The position numbers were made by a program, and so were the translations under genes. DNA of 64,000 bases from Phoronis australis. Lineage: Eukaryota; Animalia; Phoronida. The DNA lies in the NCBI GenBank assembly GCA_002633005.1, contig NMRA01000216.1:177499-241498 (forward strand). The letters run 5' to 3'. Below are positions 1-11,306 of the stretch, one piece after another. The notes under the pieces are model-generated. The model searched no databases, was not told where the DNA came from, and worked only from the letters and a program-made list of their open reading frames with translations. How positions within the stretch are numbered: the first letter of the stretch is position 1; every line of letters starts with the position of its first letter.

Positions 1-824
1 TAGGCCTACGCTAAATTTAAAACAAAATACATCAACACGAGTTTTGTATTTGGCCGACAGAGATTATTCGAAAGTTGCCGAGACGAGTGGTCAACTTAAC
101 TGTGAAACGTTAATAAGCTCTTTCAAAAGTACGCTTTCCAATGGCATGTATTGTGATCTATACATTCGACATTGACTGAAGAGAAGAATGCGACCTTTCA
201 GATTTTGAATGCTTGTCATTTGTGCTTATCGATTTCAATTAAATTAGAGAATTTTGTGGCAGACGAGTCGAAGATACCCTTTCCGCATTTTTCAGTCGAA
301 AACTTCACGAAAGAAGTTTGTTTAATTTAAAATTATTCCAAAATGATACTTATTCAACAAGTAGACAAACGTTTTCAAAATAACCAGAGGGAAATTTGAA
401 AAATTTCAAAACAATTTTGAATTTCTCGTGGTTCGTCAACAAAATGGCTGCCAACTGTTGAACGACAATGAACTTCGCCTCGTAAAAATGGAAATACATT
501 CAGGACAGTAATTTAAGAAATGTTCTTATTTTAATGATGACTTCGATTGATGAAACACAGCATGTGTCCTAATCTAGTGTAAAATAAGGAAGGAGTCGTG
601 AAGAAACTTTAAGGTGAACTCACTAAAACGACCGATTTTGCTCATGGCCAACAGCATTAAAAGGTTTATCGCTTTCATAAGGTAATACAGCATGCATTTT
701 TCGGGGTCAAAATCTTCGAGTTATTGTAAAATGATCGTTAATGGTAGGATGATTGTTGCCATCGCTTGATACTATGGAACGCCTGTTGTCGTTGGGATTG
801 CTGTACTCGATATACCAGTAAATT

Positions 825-914
825 TCCTGCATACATCAACCACTCACAATGCAGTACTTTAGGTACTTCCTGCATACACCAACCAATCACAATGCAGTAC
901 TTTATGTACTTCCT
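825..914. repeat. Direct tandem duplication, ~43-bp unit x2
   Basis: tcctgcatacaYcaaccaMtcacaatgcagtactttaKgtact occurs twice back-to-back. Confidence 0.8.
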
Positions 915-1263
915 TTGTACAGCTATTCTGTTTTTGTTTTCCTGTCTAAAGTTTCGTCATGAATATGTCTCTTTTGTTGTTGAGCGCTTAACCAGTTGTT
1001 CACTTTTTAGGTAGGAGATAATTGCACGTACTATCAACCTTTTCAATACAATGTGTTTGGATATTGGGAGTAAAGCAATTTCCCGTCATGCGTACAAAAA
1101 CTTTTGAAATACAAATAGCACCACAAAAACTAAATAGGAACAATTCATCTACTTTCTAGTTAATCAATACACAAGTTAAAGTAACTATTTCCGTTTCATT
1201 TTCGAAAAAACTGATTTGAAACGCAAACCAAATTAAATAAAACATTTCCTATCTAACGGTTTT

Positions 1264-1378
1264 TGAATTTCTGGTAATCGACATGTCTTGTTCAATCTGT
1301 AACTGGCACTGGGATTTACCCGAGTATTTGAACAATCGTGTCTATTGAACATTACGGGTCGATCACCAGAAATTCAAA
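1264..1378. mobile_element. Degenerate palindromic MITE-like relic
   Basis: Left arm ttgaatttctggtaatcgacatgtcttgttcaat matches the reverse complement of the right arm (ttgaatttctggtgatcgacccgtaatgttcaat) with a few mismatches. Confidence 0.55.
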
Positions 1379-2196
1379 CAATTTAAAAATATTTCTGTCG
1401 AAGATATTCATTTGATACTCGAGAAGACATATCTTTAATTCATGGAAATGACCTTGCATTTTTATGAAATGATTTTGAATGACGTTCTTGCACAGGGAAT
1501 TTCTGAAAATAATTTAGATCGTCTTAGATGCTAACTCATGGTCTGTATAAGGAAAATCTCCAGGAAAGGAAGACAGCGATTAGTCTACTTTTGGGGACAA
1601 TAAAATAAATTTAGGGATGTTTCTCAAAATGGTTGTTTTTCGCCTTTTTATGGATGGCGTTTGACTAAGCTTTAATTAGCCAACAGGTTACAGTAGTTTT
1701 GTTTCTACCGTTTGGGATATTCCAGCCGATCTGGTTATTTTTGTTGTGTCCACGTGCGCGTGCGCGTGTCGTCTCTTATTATAAGTGGGATTATATAGTT
1801 TTGATCATGTGTTTTAATTCGTCGTTAGATATGTCTGATGATGAACGTAATTGTGGAAACATCTAGTACAAGTATATGTATTATTCGACTAAATGGTCGC
1901 ACGTGAAAACGATTTGAATTTTGAGCAAGATCCAAGCGCCATGGTACACCGAGGCAGTTCTCAGTGCGACCTTCAAACCACTTGTATAACTGGGCTAAGC
2001 GTTGTATTGAACAAAATCCTCGTGGACATAGGCATGCTTTGGCCAAAGTTGATAATTTTACCCAACCCCAGCACATTCCATAAAGATTTTGAGACGGGGT
2101 CAGACCTTCGGAGAACGAGTTTGGCATAATAGGGCTTAATAGGGATAAACCTTTGTTCTGTCAAAGAAACGAAATTTCGATTTAGATCACTTATCA

Positions 2197-2321
2197 TTGT
2201 TGACCTAGTTTGGTCTCAACTTGTTGACCTACTTTGGTCTCAACTTGTTGACCTTGTTTGGTCTCAACTTGTTGACCTAGTTTGGTCTCAACTTGTTGAC
2301 CTAGTTTGGTCTCAACTTGTT
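2197..2321. repeat. Minisatellite, 24-bp unit (ttgttgacctagtttggtctcaac) x~5.2
   Basis: Five near-identical units read directly, with only single-base variants and no spacers. Confidence 0.95.
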
Positions 2322-2647
2322 ACTTATTCAGATGAGATGTGCTTTTTGGTTTTACAAAGAACTAGCAGATCTTTTCTTTTTTTCAAAATAATGCTCGGGT
2401 TATAAAAGGACACGACGTAAAAAGTGAACTTGTAGAAAGAACAAGGTGTGAAGCAACAAACTGTCAACTCTTTCCAAGCCCAGAATTCACGGTCATCAAT
2501 TTGACAATTTGAGACCAATTTCAATATGGTAAGTGGTGTAAATCAAAAATTGTTTTTGTAACGGAAGACTGGTTAGTAGTTGCTTTAAGAGAAAGCGTGC
2601 AACCGAAATACTCTTCTGAGGGATGGGGTACGAAAAAGGACTTCTTA

Positions 2648-2826
2648 CAGCGGCGGATCTAGGATATCATAAAGGGGGCCCCCAACATTTTGTCTCAAAG
2701 CACGACTACATGCGCGAACTCAGCTTGAAAGATAGGGGGCTTGAATTTCTGGACCTTCTTCTAAAAAACGGGAAACGATTACACAGGTCGTCTGAGTAAG
2801 GTGAGAGCCACCCAAGTCCGCCTATG
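2648..2826. mobile_element. hAT-type MITE relic (CAG.GGCGGATCT terminus)
   Basis: Begins cagcggcggatctagg and ends aagtccgcctatg. The terminus resembles those at 48655-48940 and 49962-53243. Confidence 0.4.
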
Positions 2827-3818
2827 TCTCAAACGCGACAAAAGTGATATGGACACAGTGAACCAAGAGTTTATTACAGAAGCGAATCAAACAGAAGACG
2901 TTTGTATTAGAAATCAGCTTAAATGATATTTTACAATAATCTTTAAATCTTTTAAATTTGTAAAACAATGCGGCCTCGGACTCATACTCGCGCGAACATA
3001 TAAAGTTCAAGAAAAACAAGATTTCCAACATCTATAAACTATAAAGATTGGCGTATCGACTACAGTCATGGTAAAAAAGGTTACAGGCACAATTTCCTCC
3101 CGTAAGGAAGAGTTAGAATCTCCCAGACAACCATGGGGTAGTGACGTCACACTTCACCTTTAGAGCCGAGTCTAATCCGAGTCTCAATATTCCGATGTTG
3201 TGGACCAACACCTGGCCTGCGCTCCGTAGACCCGATAGCCATGCACCTGCGGCAAGAAATCTTCGCTTTTGAAGCGAAAACATTGAATTCTGTTCCATGA
3301 TTCATGAATCATATCCGGAAATTCAACATTTCAATCTCGCCCACCAATCACGTCAGTGGCTGCCAAGTTCAGGTTATGATAGTCTTGAGCATTCTTGTGA
3401 AATAGTCGCCCTTCACTCGTGTGATTTCGTGTGGTCGTGAGTTATCTCGCTTTTCTGGCAAGAAACTGTCCAATACAGAATGTTACCCAGGTCACCATGC
3501 TTCAGTACACAGACGAATAACCTTTAAAATATACGACGATAGGCAACGGCAAGCCACTGTTTGGCGCCTATAACTTTTTATGGCTCCAGAAGATGGTGAA
3601 GGCGAATGAAAAAACGTTAACATTGATAACACGAAGAGCGCCCTTTGGGCTGAAATTCGCTGGCCTTGTGACAGATTTTTTTAATTTCAGATTCAGAATG
3701 TAATTCAGTTAGTATGAGATCATCTAAAATCTAAGTATTCATAACTTTTTGACACAGAAAGAGTTTGTCGTTTCGGAAATGGCGTAAGTGAAACGAAGAC
3801 CCCCAGTTTTCAGGTTAT

Positions 3819-6800
3819 TTACGGGTCATAAACTATTGGCGTTATTTTGATCTGGTGGGCACTGTCCCACATGGCAATAAACCTCTCGCCGGTGATCTCG
3901 TTATGGTAGTAATTAGTATTTGCGTTGTATCCGTGTTTTGTTGGAAACATGATAGCATTGCCTCTCAGCTCGAAGGAGGTAAGGGTGTCGTTGTGGGTAT
4001 TGTAGGTGTACCGTATGTACGAGGGATTATGAGCGTGATGATTAATAATATACAATATACCGCAAGCCATAAACGCGTTTCCATAGTCGTATTTTCTGAG
4101 TGAATTGGTAAAAAAATAATTCTTCTCAATCGTTTGGTTAACCGTATTGATCTTGCTTAAGGCCAAGTAGCAACCGTTGTCGTACGTTCCCCAGATGACC
4201 CACAAGCCGTATTCATCTGTTGCTATGTCAATATCAGAGTAATGATAATGATGCCAGCGACACTGATCACGGATTCCAGCCTGGTGTCCCTCGACGTCGG
4301 CGAATGAAATGCGCGTGTAGTTATTTACATCCGGGATATTGAACACCATCACGTTCCGCTGATTATGCTCATTGCAGTAGAGTTTGGAACCGTACACCAA
4401 TCCCTGATGACCGTCACAACCGACCGGTAAATTGTATTGTATCCTATTGGTGTCGGATCTGTAGTCCTGTTCCGTGGGGTGGGCGTAGAGGATTTTTACG
4501 TTTTCGTAATACGTCATGAAATAGAACGTGGCGTTTGGGGAGAGAGGATCCTTGCCCCAAAATCCTCGTGTGTTATGGCGATGAGCCAATGTGTCGACGT
4601 TGAATTCCAGCCATTTGATGTGCTTGCAACCTACAAATCATTTACGAGGAAATAGTATGTTCTGATCACAGTGGCCATTCCGCGTAATATATACTCTGTG
4701 AATTGTGTAGGCTTCACTAATAAACGCTTATAAGACGCGAAAGAAGTCTATGAAAATGTTCACGTTTTGCTTTCGGTTTTAAACTGAAGCCCATGAGGTT
4801 TCACCCATGACAGAGGGCACGAAATACTCATTGCTTTGCATTTTATCCAGAGAAGCTTTCATTTCCCCTTGGTTTATTCACAAAAGAAAATTGTATAATA
4901 TCTACAATTTTTGTCACGACTTGTCTACGAGGGTGCAATTTACTCCAATCGAAAATGCCTTTAACTACGTTTTCTGTATGAACTATATATAAGCTGCCCT
5001 GACGTAGCCAGTAGTATTGTAAAGGGGGCGGGGGTGGGGGGCAAACGTGTAAGGGGGGTTAAAATGAGTGGCAACCTGGGTGCATTTTGCAGTGATCAGA
5101 GGCTCATAAAAAAGTTCAGAATACTTCGATACCTAAAATTTGACAAAAAGCACAGGTACAATGCCGCTCTAGGCTTGCGATCGAAAGCAATGTTTATGAG
5201 AGAAAGGTGATGCACTATCGTTCTATTTACGTGGGTAATAGTCATTCACAAGTGTTCGTCTCACGAAAATAATGCCTTCATACAATAAAAATAAAAATAA
5301 ATAATTGCAGGCGGTCTGATACACGTTGTATCAGACGTGCGCAGGCCTCGCATATGGGCCCATTGCACTGATCACCTGGAAATATTTTTATGCTTTATTG
5401 ATATATGATTAAAACCGAGCTGAGGAGCTAGAAACCTGACTCAAGGGTTCAGCAGTGTGACCTGGTGGGACTTGAACCCGGGTACTTATCAACCAGGCCA
5501 CACTGCCTCCTCCATGCCTTCATAACAAAATAGAATGAATACGTGATATGTGTTTCCTTGGTCAAGAAATGATGAACATTTTCACTACACTCCCTTTCAA
5601 GTTCTGTAAAATTCGTGCAAGTATAGCCCTAACAAAAGTGTATTAACCCGATACCTTTGTACTTGGAACATCGGTCGCTCTGTGATGGGCCATTCTGCAA
5701 CGAGAAAGAAAATTAACACGTTTTACTTTTGATTACGATTAAAAGGACATTATCGACTTTACGACCAAAAAACACATTACCGGATGGTTGTTAAATGGGG
5801 CAGACTATTTGAAGTTATTAGCTTTCGCCTGAGCTATATAACAACAAAATCCTTTGGGATTTTATTATAAATCGCCAATTCTCGCCGTTGCCTGCCAGAC
5901 GTTCGCTGAAATAAAGACCGGCTGCTACAGCGGAGCTTGTGAGTTCGTTCTCGTGCTTTTCCTACATTTTGTTAAATTACTTCTCTCGCCGAGAATGTCC
6001 CTTTAATTAAGAATATAATGTTAGTTTACATGAAGAAACCTGTTGAGTTTCCTCATCCTCACGATAACTGTAATTTCAATTACCACTTTAATTTTGTGTG
6101 TGACCTGTCTGTGTGTGTGTGTGCGTGTGTGTGTGTGTGTATGTGCGCGCGTGTGTGTGTGTGCGTGTGCGAGCGTGTTTAGGCGTACAGTAATGTCTGT
6201 CATTTTTTGTTTCACTACCGCAAAATTGGCAATTAACATATTTTTTAATCCGAGTAACGAACAAGTTCAGACCAATTTTATATTGGTAAGAGCTCTAAAC
6301 TTAAAGTTATTTCGGTAATCGCCGCTTTACGCGGAATAAGTTCCATCTGTACATGAACTTCACCCTAAATTACGAATTCTTTTAAGATTTTTTTCTAAAG
6401 GTCGATGTTGTGTTGAAAGATAGTTTTGGAATTCTTTGCCCAGTTTGGATTGTTTTGAATGATTTTATACGATTGTATCGACAGAACGGAAGGTTGAGCC
6501 GAAATTTGCTTTGAAAACATCTACTACTACTGTGGCTACTGCTGTTTCTACAACCACCACTGAGTAATACTACTAAAACTTCAACTTCCACTAAAAAGCA
6601 TACTATAACTAATATTATTACTAAAATTTTTATTATAATTAGCATAATTGTCGTTATAATTATTACGACATCAATGGTCATAAGTATTATTTATTATTAT
6701 CATTACTATTATTACTATTGTTATTATTACTATTATTACTATTATTATTAATATTACTATTATTACTAGTATCACTATTGCTATTATTATTAACATTACT

Positions 6801-7521
6801 TTCTTATTGTTATTGTTATTATAGTTATTATTGTTTTTTCATATTCAATTATCGTTACCATTCTCCTATGTACATGTAGACAAAACTTCAATTCTAAGTG
6901 GTTTTGCGAAATACACATCGTCAATATATGTTTTTAATGATACATGTATGTATAGTATTACTGTACTCTTTCGCTTATCGGCTTCACATTAAATTTTTAC
7001 TCTTATTTCCTAGAGCCTCAACAAAAAATCTAATCCACTTAGCTTAAAATTTATTATCATAAAGATGAGAAGTTGAATAAATACATTTAAATGGTTTAAT
7101 GAATACGCTTGAGTCCCAGTTCAAAACATGTGCCTTCATTCTTGACACCAAGGGATCTTTTAAAGGAAAAAAGAGTTCTACACGTCTAAAACAATACCTT
7201 TTGAAAGTAGCTGAAACCCTTTCTTGTATCCATGTTGTACCCAGTTGCGGATGGTACGTCGGACGTGAGTTCGCACGTGTACGTTTCCTTTTCTTCAAAG
7301 TTCACGGACTGGCATTGGTCGTTGTTATTGCACTTAGACGTGCATTCTGCTTTAGAGTAAACTTCATGCTCGTCGAGACGACTGCCAATACTAAAGACAT
7401 CTTTGTTGCATTCCTTGGGTTTGATGTACTTGTTAAAGTTAATGGACGAGCATTTTTGGTTTGAATGAGCGCTGCTCAGAAGGGACAGGAAACAAAACGC
7501 TAAGTGTACACTCCAGGTCAT
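3819..7521 (-). CDS. Secreted PAN/apple-domain + olfactomedin-domain protein (~391 aa, 3 exons)
   Basis: Exons 7521-7198 (phase 0), 5694-5655 (phase 1), 4630-3819, all GT-AG and in frame. Signal peptide MTWSVHLAFCFLSLLSSAHS; PAN motif SKAECTSKCNNNDQCQSVNF...TCEL; olfactomedin hallmarks GFWGKDP, VYGSKLY, SDIDIATDEYGLWVIW, GNAFMACGILY. Confidence 0.85.
5420..5510 (-). mobile_element. tRNA-derived (CORE/MIR-like) SINE fragment
   Basis: Minus strand reads ggaggcagtgtggcctggttg...cccgggttcaagtcccaccagg (A-box- and B-box-like), followed by a ccttgagtcagg CORE-like segment. Confidence 0.55.
6110..6177. repeat. (TG)n/(CG) microsatellite
   Basis: Alternating tg/cg dinucleotides read directly. Confidence 0.95.
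6590..6835. repeat. Degenerate (TAT/TAC)n low-complexity tract
   Basis: attattactattatt... run read directly. Confidence 0.9.
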
Positions 7522-7532
7522 TATGAATATGC

Positions 7533-7565
7533 AACTGAAGATCGTCTACCAAAACTTAGTTTATA
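7533..7565 (-). promoter_or_regulatory. TATA box + Initiator core promoter of the PAN-olfactomedin gene
   Basis: Minus-strand TATAAA (7565-7560) lies 29 nt upstream of the A in TCAGTT (Inr consensus TCAKTY, A at 7536), which is 15 nt before the ATG at 7521. Confidence 0.5.
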
Positions 7566-10500
7566 AACCAAGTGATCTTCAAAAATGGGGCTCTCTACGG
7601 GGATAACGGCACAACGGCCAAACTTAATACCATTGGTTCCGGATAGGAACCTCCTTTGTCTTGGAAGTAAGAAAACGCGTCATTATATTGGCCTCGTTTA
7701 GGAAAATTAATGTCGGGCTGATTCTAGGAACCATGTCGAAAAATGTAGCATACACGGTAACTTCTCCAGTTTATCCAAATATCTGCACGGCCGCCGTGCA
7801 ACTGCGGCAGTTGCGCCTCGATGGCACTGGGACGTCAAATACAGTTAAAGCCGTCAAAAAAATCGAGAAACCTCCAATGGCGCGAATACGAGACAGACAA
7901 CTGATGATGCAGCACTGTCGGTAAATACAGCGAGATTCAAATGTTGCTGTGTGTAATCCGGCACCGTCCTTTTCGGACCCAGCGGACATCGACGGATAGG
8001 CCACGCCCACCATAGTTACAGTTCCAACGTGCGGGTTCTACAAGTACAATATTTAGTCAATTTGGCGAAATTCCATGAGGCGTTTAACAACAGCAGATTA
8101 TCTACAAAGGTTTTGGTCACATCTCATTGTCAGGTTATTATGTAGAGCCAGATGATCAAAATCATGCTGGGTCCAGGGGACGCAAACGAACCTGACTGTT
8201 ACACTAAGCTTTTGAGCCCATTCATACCTTGCGTAACCCCACTGACATGCCACAGTGTCTCATCGATTCAATCAGGTAACAATTAGCCTAAATACTATTG
8301 CCTTTTCATGTTCGTTGATAACTGAAGATCGCGCATTTCAATAAAAGAGTGGTAACGATTCTTCGCTAATTTTGTAAATAAATAGTTGATTGCTTTGATC
8401 GTTCACTCGTTCATCGTTAAAACAAGGCTATAAACCTGCGTTCCGACCACGAAGCGAACCGATTTTGATAACTTGTTGCTATAAAATTGACCCCAACTTG
8501 TTCCTGAGCAATCCAATTAAAAGCAGTCACCGTTTCTAGGCCGACAATTCGTTATTTTTGATTAGTTGAGAACATGCAGGACATATAAACAGACACGCCG
8601 TGACAAGCCAGGCAATTTTGTGACGGAAGACGGGTTTAATATTGGAAAGTGCACAAGGTTTGAGATAGAAAAACGAGGAAATTTGAGGATGAAAAGAAAC
8701 ATCCCCATGCCTTAAAAAAAGAGGTTAAGTGGGGGTCCACACTTGCAGCAATTCTTAAGTTTATTGAAGTATGCTGGGGAGGTTAAAATAGGTAGTGCCG
8801 GATTATCGATTAAGCTTAACATGCAACAGTTCAGGGACCCAGCGCGAAATAGTTGGAGCCTCACCACGTCGCCACGACCGTGGGGACCACAATTGTTCTT
8901 GTAACGGGCGAGCGACGGGGGTGGGGGTCGGCAACTCGAAAATGGTGGCGACGGGATAAGGGAGAATTGAGCAACCGGGGAGTAGCAAGAAATTGTGACA
9001 AACTAGGGGTAGATTGAAAGCTGTGGCTACCGCATGGGGTGAATGTGGCGACCGGGGCACCCACGCATTTACAGCCTTAAGGCCAACCGGGTACTCAAAT
9101 ACAACTACTCATTGGATTGTCGGTGCTTAGACGAGATGATACCCTTGACGATTACAGTCCGACGAGCCATCGAGGACGAGTATACCCGGCATACAGTTAA
9201 GTATAAGCGGAGATAATAAAAACAACGAATTCAGGATGATTATTCAATTAGGACTTTGAAGTTAATATTATAAATGTAAACCATTGAAGATGCAACACAT
9301 TATAAAAATCTAAGAATAGTCAAAAACACAAATTACGGATCAACAAGTTTCTTAAGTAAAAGCTAAAATAAATAAATAACCAATCAATCCATGATATTTG
9401 TTTTCTTTCGGTCAGTCTAAGCTGTAAACTCTGATTACATCACTTCCAATCGACGTCATAACTACTCCAGAGCAGACATCAATTTTACAATATCAATAGC
9501 TGATAATCACATACAATAATACTATCTGGTAATACATGAAGTTACAGACAGTCGGATATTTCAAGACTGTCATGGACGCAATAATTATCGAAGGAATTAA
9601 TTAGTTATCGATCATAGTCTTTGACCGCGCTTAACCTATGTCTTTCCAAACATTCAATATTCTCAACTAGGAGTCATCGTGTGCGAAATTAGATAATTTT
9701 CTAATCAGCGCCAAATCAAAATGTACTCCATAAAATTTAAGAAATCATTTTTAGTTCAATTTTAAACAGAAAATATCAAAACTAAGTCGGACTACCACTT
9801 TGGATTCCATGCTCAGATCAATATACTGAGGTGCTTGGTGGCCTCCCTGAATACTTACGTTTGCAAGCAATACAATTAACCAGGAATGCACCGTAGAATA
9901 CATATTTGTACTAACTGTGGCGCACGAAATCTCTTCCACGAAAATCTGGTCCCACACGATTCAACATTTGAAAGCGTTTTTTTTTTTAAAGCATCAATTC
10001 TCACCTGTTTTGCACGTAAAACTATACGCTTATCAGAGGTCTAGTAATAAGTACACACACATGCAACCGACCATCGTACAAGGGTATGGCTTCAACTGTA
10101 AACTTTCATGGCTTTTCGTCATCCTTACTACTTTTTCCTGAATTACGAGTCTTTAATGGGCGACTACTGGATATTCCCTACCTAGGGCTAATAAATAAAG
10201 TCGTCTCCATTTGACAACCTACTAGATTGAGAACAGAAAGCAGTCAAGTCAGTATAGGGCGTTTGTGTGATGTGGGACCCACTTGATTACCTGAATGCAG
10301 GTATTTCTTGGGAAGGTCCCTTGCACCTCTTGCTACACTAAGGGAATTTCCCAATGAAAAAACGTTGACATCAACTACAGCTAATAAGTAAAAGCTCAAG
10401 TTAAAGACGCAATATCTCATTAAAACCGTGAATATGTAAATTTGTTGCAAGCGCCACCTGTTGACTTCATGGAGAACTGCATATACAAGTATAATCAGGT

Positions 10501-11306
10501 AAAGAAACAATTTGTACAAAAAATTGCGGTTTTTAAAGAAAACACTTAAGAACACTGTAAACATATAAAAATCACAGAAATTCCAAATAATAGGCAACCG
10601 TTATTTGATAGTGAAATAAACAAATAATAAAAACTGTGCCTTGTTGTTTCATTAGGGTAATGTTGAAAGAGTACCACACTCATTTAAATAAAAATAGTCT
10701 CCCAAAACGAGACTTTCGCGAGATTGTAATGGTAACTGGTTCTTGGATGGTTCCCGGCACACCCGGGTTGTTTGTAAACTAGTACTTCATGTGCATATTC
10801 ACAATTTAATGAGACATAGCATCTTTACTGATCTCACATGTCGCTAGTGTTTGACCTTTCAACTGTCAGGCGTGCACCCATAGCTTGACATACAGGTCCA
10901 AAATAATCCTCTACCTTTCATTCACTTTGTTTGAGGGTACCTGACTTATTGAACACTGTCTTCTACTCAGTTTGCCACAAATGGCGAATGTACCAAGAAA
11001 ATGGAATGTCACTAGAAGCAGTACAAAGCACCAGAAAGCCTGTGGAAACAGGGTACATCCTCAATAAACAGTAGAAACCTAATTCAAAGGTTTGTGAAAT
11101 GACATGTCCGTTTTTGTCCACACTATTCACTGACAATAAGCAATTCGATATTCTGTAATACGCTTATCACTAAAGGCAGCAGTGCCACCAACTGCAATTT
11201 ATCACTTCCGGCAACGAACTACCGTAAAAAATCTCAATTTAAGATACAAGACAGTCAAATTGCTAATAGCCATTTTTGTTCCAAATTGAAGAATTTTTAT
11301 TCTTCT

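Noticed and set aside
2197-2321. Regular 24-bp repeats resembling a CRISPR array
   Set aside because: No unique spacers, no cas genes, and a eukaryotic context; this is a minisatellite.
6021-6681. ORFs with HT/VC repeats and Ile-rich hydrophobic stretches
   Set aside because: These are translations of (TG)n and (TAT)n simple repeats inside an intron.
7921-7975. Minus-strand translation KDGAGLHTA matches DYNLT exon 4 KNGAGLHTA at 8 of 9 residues
   Set aside because: Flanking residues do not match, there are no fitting splice sites, and most of the stretch is a dispersed repeat also present at ~27489-27528 (gtaaatacagcgagattc...tgtgtgtaatccgg). Most likely coincidence.
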